A stretch of DNA of 64,000 nucleotides, from NCBI RefSeq assembly GCF_011386835.1, contig NC_088797.1:34162001-34226000 (forward strand), given 5' to 3'. The notes under the pieces are model-generated. The model searched no databases. It had not been told where the DNA came from and saw only the letters and a list, made by a program, of their open reading frames with translations. The position numbers and the translations under genes were made by a program. Source of the stretch: Chrysemys picta bellii (lineage: Eukaryota). Shown here in pieces: positions 58,901 to 64,000 of the stretch (the stretch's first letter is position 1; each line of letters opens with the position of its first letter).

Positions 58901-61900
58901 CCAGGGAGCTGCAGCCCCAGCCAAACACAAAGCTGCTTTCTCAATGGCATTTACAACTCCCCCAGGCACCAGCCTGACAGCCCAGCCCCAGCCAGAGAGG
59001 GGAAGGCGGGGGGGGGGGGGGGGGGGGGGGGGGAGGGAGCAGCCTGGCAAGATGCTGGTCAGGAACGCCAGGAGTTGGGCAGGCCAACTGGCCAAGCACC
59101 AGAGCGGGAGGGGCTGGGCTGGGCACCATGGGACCCCACCATCTCCCTTCCAGAGCTGGGCTAGAACCCAAGAGCTCTGGCTCCCAGCCTCCCTTGCTCT
59201 AACCACTAGCCTCCAGACCCCTCAGAGCTGAGGCTAGAACCCAGGCATCCTTGGCCTATCCTGCGCCTTAAACCACAGAGCTGCTTTTTCTAGCAGTTCC
59301 TCGCAGGAAGCCGCACCCCCCACCCACCCCCAGGGAAACACGTTGGGTGACATTTTTGGGTGAGGTGCTCAGCTTGGCATTAACCCTTCGGGGCCTGGTG
59401 CTCCCTTGCCAGCTGCAGGGGGAGATGTAGGACTGGGTGCTGGGGAATGGGGTTGCTGCCCTGGGGGTCTCCCAGCACTCTGATCCCGCTCAGTTCTGCA
59501 ATCTCTGGGCCCATGGCAGCTTCCTCCCTGCTCTGGGGGGGGGCGAAGAAGAGGGCAGTGCCAGGGGGCTGTGGCTGGGCACTGAGCATGGCTGTGGTGA
59601 AAGTCTTCTGTCTGGGGACATGGGGCAGATGGGCTCAGCCACCCAAACCCCCACCTCTTCCGGCTGCCACCTGGAGAGAGGCCCATGGGGAGCAGGGGCC
59701 AGGCCTGGGGGATAGACCCAAAACTTGTGGGGAGAGGGGGAAGAAGGGGTCAGCTTGAGGGATGGGTCCAGGGGCAGGCCTGGGGAATAGGCCTGGAGCT
59801 GGTGGGGGGCAGGCCTGAAGGAGTGTGGGGCTGAGATGGGTGCTTTCCCATCTCCTAGCTTCCCTCCACCAGCAGCACATTTGTCTACGTGGGCCCCTAG
59901 GCTGGGCCCAGCTTGGGTTTGGTGCCATCAGTAGGACAAGCTGGGTCTGGGGAGATGGGATTTGGGGGGCGGGCCCTGAGTTTATGAATCTAACATCCCC
60001 CACCCCAGTCAACAAAGCCCCTGAACCCAGCCCTCAGCCCTGGTCCTGCCCCACTGGGGACGTGCCCCCTAGGGGTTCTGTTCCCTGGACATGGGGACTG
60101 CCCAAGGGTGCTGGAACAATTTTCATAGTGGGGGTGCTGACAATGGAAACCAGGTATTTGGCTAGGGTGACCAGACAGCAAATGTGAAAAATCAGGATGG
60201 GGGTGGTGGGTAATAGGAGCCTATATAAGAAAAAGACCCAAAAATCGGGACTGTCCCTATAAAATCGGGACATCTGGTCATTCTATATTTGGCATTTGTT
60301 ATTACTACTTCAAGCACCCCCAGCACACCTATTTCTACCACCACTGGGACTCCCGGCTGGGCTGCGGGGGGGCGGGGGGGGGGAAGCGGGTAAGTCACCC
60401 CCCCCCCCACATGTGGGTATGGGATCTGTGCCACAACATGAATCCCAGCAGGGACTGGCTAGAGCTGGAGGGGGGACGACAAAGGGGCCTGTTAGTTTCT
60501 GTGCCCCTGATGGGCAGACCGAGGCTAGACAGAGCCCCCGGTCAGGACCCAAGTCCCTGGCCCTCTGTACACAAGGAGGAGCAGCGGGGTGGAGTTGAGG
60601 GAGCAGCTGCCAGTGGGAGGTGGGGCAGGACGCCAGGACTGATGGGACCTTTGGACCCAGTGCAGGATGCTACCCAGCACTGCAGGGACCTTTGGACTCA
60701 GAGTGAGGGGCGAGGCCAGCCCCAGGCCAGGAGCCCCACCAGCCCAGTGGTCCAATGGCAGGAGAGCCCTGTAAAGCAGCAGAGTTGGAGTAGGGGACCA
60801 GACAGACACCACCTGAACTCCCTCCTCTGCACCCCCTAGTTCTGACCATTGACCTGACATCCCCCTCTCCATTCTCCCCCCATCCCCCATGTCTCTGGGC
60901 TGGGTTGCCTTGGCGCTGGCTGGGCTTCCTCCTGGCTTCAGGATGGTTAGGAAGCACTGATACTTCAACGGGGGAGGTACCAGGGGTACTATGGGGAGCC
61001 AACTATCCTGCAGAGAGGGGGCACACAGCCCCACTGCAGATGCTATGCCAGCCTGTCCAGAGATGGAAGGAGCCCAACTTTGCAGTTAAGGGACTGGACT
61101 GGGAGCCAGGATGCCCGGGTTCTATCCCCAGCTTCAGGACGTGGGGTATTGTGGCTTGGAGGGGCGCTAGGAACCAAAACTCTTGGGTTTATTCCCAGCT
61201 CTGTGTGTGTCCCTGGGAATCTTTCTGGGCCTCAGTTCCCCCATCTGTGAAATGGATAAAGCCATGGCAGCTAGTGAGGCTGAGTCACTGTGGAGAGAAA
61301 GGTGCAATGGGGCAGGGGGGGTTGGCAGGTTGGGGGTATCAGAGAGATGGGGACCCCAAAGAGGAATTTAAAACTCTGTCCTAGGAGGAAGTCTCCCACT
61401 CCCCCCCAGCACAACATGCATCCCCACACACACAACCCCTGCCTTCTTATGCACACCCCAGCACCCTCCTTATACACACCCACCCAGCCCACTCCCCTCC
61501 ACACGCAGTGCCCCCCAATAACTGAGCCCCCAGCCCCTTCCCAGGCAGTGAATTCTCCTCCACACAGACCCCCCACACAAAGTACACCCCCTTTCCACAC
61601 ACCCCCGAGTGCCCTGCATGCAGCCAACACCCCCACCCATCTGCAAACACAGAGCACCCTCCGACTGACCCATAACACCTGCATCCCCACAATACACCCC
61701 GTGGACCCCAAAACACCTGCATCCCCACCCCGACTACTTGCACACCTTGCACCCCCACATAACGCACGCCACACACACTCCCCATGCACCCCAACCCGCC
61801 CCGCCAGGCCCCCGGCTCCCACCCGCACAGCGCCTCCTCCAGCCCCCGATCCGCTAGCGGGCCCCGGGCGGAACACGGGCCCCTGGCGGTCCGGAGCGCG

Positions 61901-61981
61901 GGGGAGCCGCGCCTCGGAGCTGGCAGCTTGGCCGGGCCCCCGGCACTCACCCGCGGGGCTGTGGTTCGAGCACCGGTCCAT
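46957..61981 (-). CDS. EML3: Echinoderm microtubule-associated protein-like 3, 24 coding exons, about 976 aa
   Basis: Exons 61981-61951, 58267-58100, 57866-57779, 57397-56939, 56443-56330, 55841-55813, 55630-55595, 55225-55102, 54682-54533, 54095-54026, 53747-53637, 53234-53139, 52561-52427, 52266-52128, 51975-51824, 50217-50092, 49830-49699, 49465-49398, 49088-49000, 48714-48617, 48353-48266, 48026-47928, 47754-47624, 47154-46957 (2931 nt). Coiled coil LELRLQSQEEEL, HELP motif KMFLRGRPITMYIP...LDWVYGYRGRDSRSN, WD40 repeats. The N-terminal exons are less certain than the rest. Confidence 0.92.
49531..49720. repeat. Minisatellite, 4 copies of 52-54 bp, each containing the EML3 exon 17 end and donor site
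   Basis: GAG|GTAC donors on the minus strand at exon ends 49699, 49647, 49594 and 49540. Confidence 0.9.
50490..51540. repeat. Minisatellite of 50-63 bp monomers with a higher-order period of about 232 bp
   Basis: Core ctgcagatcccc...ccactacagccc repeated about 17 times. The variant aaaggcccc recurs at 50661, 50893 and 51125. Confidence 0.92.
54350..54540. repeat. 35-bp tandem repeat (about 5.5 copies) at the EML3 exon 9 donor
   Basis: gcactc anchors at 54385, 54420, 54455, 54490 and 54525. Confidence 0.92.
55940..56290. repeat. Minisatellite, about 8 copies of 36-53 bp
   Basis: Repeated ctgttcccagcaggga(t)...gtggggg core. Confidence 0.88.
59008..59033 (+). repeat. G26 homopolymer
   Basis: Read directly from the sequence. 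Confidence 0.9.
60163..60285. mobile_element. hAT MITE
   Basis: TIRs tagggtgaccaga / tctggtcattcta and a perfect 8-bp TSD tatttggc (60155-60162 and 60286-60293). Confidence 0.9.
61180..61260 (+). mobile_element. MIR/CORE-SINE-like fragment
   Basis: ctgggcctcagttcccccatctgtgaaatgg resembles the CORE-SINE consensus. Confidence 0.55.
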
Positions 61982-62240
61982 CGCGCCGCGGGCCATGCGC
62001 CCCTGGCGCCCCGACTCGCCGTGTGAGCGCCAGGGAGGCAGCGAGCGCTGGGGCCGCGGCTCCCCCACCCCAGGAAGCGGCGCGCCGTGTCATTTCCCCT
62101 TCGCAGCCCGGGCCCGATCCCGGTGTGACTCCGGATTCGCTCGGCTTGGGGCAGGCAGCGGGGGTTAACGCTTCGCTGCCCGGAGCCGGGAGCCACTCCA
62201 GCGATAAATCCGGAGGCGCGAGTTGTGGGACGAAGGGCCC
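61760..62240. promoter_or_regulatory. CpG island / promoter of EML3
   Basis: CpG-dense region around the 31-nt first coding exon. Confidence 0.75.
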
Positions 62241-62299
62241 AGGAACTGAGAGCCCCCAGAGAGGAAGGGCACCCAGAGAGACAAGGCATGGTGGGGAAC

Positions 62300-62720
62300 G
62301 GAAGGGGACCCAGGAGTCCTGGCTTCCTCAACCACTAGACCCTACATTCACTCCTTTCCCGGAGCAGAGGCTAGAACCCAGGAGTCCTAGCTCACAACCC
62401 CCATCCACTCACACACAAACTAGACCCCATTCCCCTCTCAGAACCAGAGGACAGAAACCAGGTGTTCTGGCTCCCAGCATTCACCACCTCCAACCACTAG
62501 ACCCCACTCCCCTCCTAGAGGCTGGGATTAAATTTAGGCTCCTGGCTTCCAAGCCCACCACCACACACAGGGTAACTACTAGACACAGACCACTCCCCTC
62601 CCCAGGCTGGAAAATTAACCCAGGAGTCCAGGCTCCCAGCCTCCTGCCCTAACCACTAGACCCTACTCCCCTCCCTGAGCCTGGGATAGAATCCAGGGAC
62701 CCTGACTCCCAGCCCTCTTA
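62300..62720. repeat. Tandem array of a repeat of about 70-80 bp (gaacccaggagtcct...aaccactagacccc); related copies at about 56740-56910, 58340-58500 and 59150-59250
   Basis: The shared motifs are directly visible in all four locations. Confidence 0.75.
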
Positions 62721-63581
62721 ACAGAGTGAGGGGTGACACTGAATGGGAGGGAGCCCCCACATATGGGATGCACTGGATAACCTGGGTCACCTTGGCACGG
62801 CTAGTAGTGTCCCATCCACCTCTGGAGTGGAGGAGCCAAGGGATGGGGGCAGTGGCAGTGCTAGCCCACTGGGGGTCCTAGGCAGGAATACCCCCCCCCC
62901 CATACTAAAACAGGCAAGTTCTTATAATAAAAACCGAAGGTGGGGGGCTTAAACTGCTCAGGGCCCTAAGCAATTGCTTAGTCTGCTTACACCTAGTGCT
63001 GGCTCTGGCTGTGGGGCAGGGTCTGTGTGGAGGGTCTCTGCAGCCAGAATCTGGGGGGGCTGGTTTGTGGTGGGGCTGGGGGCAGGGTCGTGGCAGGGGG
63101 GCTCTGCAGCCAGTATCTGGAGCTGGCTGGTTTGTATCCAGGCTGGGCAGGCAGCCCTGGGAGGTGGAAAATCCCGGGCTGGAGCGAGTGGCTCCTGTTT
63201 TCCTTGGCCCCCACAGTGCTGACGTTGCGTTGCCAGGGCCTGGTTGCCAGGACACACCGTCTCCCAGCCTCGTCCAGGGACCATGGGCAACACTGGGTAG
63301 AACTAAGAGTCAGCCAGCTACTCCCAGTGGGATCTGGGGCACTACAACCGGGATGCACAGTCCCAGCCACCCCCAGCACCCAGGATCCAGCGCCAGGATT
63401 TAACCTCCAGCTCCACCCATGGCACTAGTGGCCGGATTTCACACTCCCAGTGGGATCTGCACCCCAGGACCCTAGCACCAGGGATTCACAATCCCAACCC
63501 CCGCTCCCACCCCCAACTGGGGATCCACTAGCACCAGGATTCCCACCCTTAGCTTCCTTCTGTGGGATCTGTGCCCCAGGG

Positions 63582-63990
63582 CAGTGGCTCTCAACCTTTC
63601 CTACTGTACCCCTTGCAGGAGTCTGATTTGTCTCGCGTACCCCAAGTTTCACCTCAGTTCAAAACTACTTGCTTACACAATCAGACATAAAAATACAGAA
63701 GTGTCACAGCTCACTGTTACTTTCCCATTTTTACCGTATAAGTATAAAATAAACTGATTGGAATATAAATATTGTACTTACATTTCAGTGGGATACTTGA
63801 GCCTGGTTTTCACTTGCCAGCCTTGTCTGAAGCCTGAGCCCCACCGCCCAGGGCTGAAGCAAGGAACATACCTTTGCGGGGACCCAAGCAATTGCCCTGT
63901 TTGTTATCCCCTAACAGTCCTGCACTTGTTACCCCCTGAACCTGACTCGCAGCCTTCCTGAGGGTCACCATCCCCAGGTTGAGAACACAA
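63582..63990. mobile_element. Non-autonomous hAT element
   Basis: Starts cagtggctctcaacct and ends aggttgagaacac (TIR-like). No TSD recognised. Confidence 0.6.
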
Positions 63991-64000
63991 ATCTAGCTGA

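Noticed and set aside
54446-62331. Long ORFs such as 54446-55495, 55904-56797, 61290-62168 and 61447-62331
   Set aside because: They arise from repeats, low-complexity sequence and CpG islands that are poor in stop codons, and show no domain signatures.
62240-64000. ROM1, expected head-to-head with EML3 from human synteny
   Set aside because: No tetraspanin-like ORF recognised. It may lie beyond the window.

Overview
GC-rich, gene-dense vertebrate DNA, most likely from a turtle (inferred from the style of the CR1, Penelope, DIRS and hAT-MITE repeats). I built six genes by hand, and every internal junction is GT-AG with consistent phase. Five are on the minus strand: TMEM179B (exons 1-4; last exon outside the window), TAF6L, TUT1, MTA2 and EML3. 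One is on the plus strand: an intact two-exon HARBI1-like Harbinger-transposase-derived gene, head-to-head with TUT1 and tail-to-tail with MTA2, with two of its three DDE residues changed to Gly. TAF6L intron 4 holds a solo LTR and a young, near-full-length Penelope-like element with a TSD, pseudo-LTRs, an inverted arm and three hammerhead-ribozyme motifs. MTA2 intron 15 holds a decayed DIRS element with nested CR1. Several EML3 introns hold minisatellites, two of them built from duplicated exon/donor junctions. I saw no rRNA, tRNA or CRISPR array. Gene names and comparisons with human come from recalled protein sequences and gene order; no database search was run.
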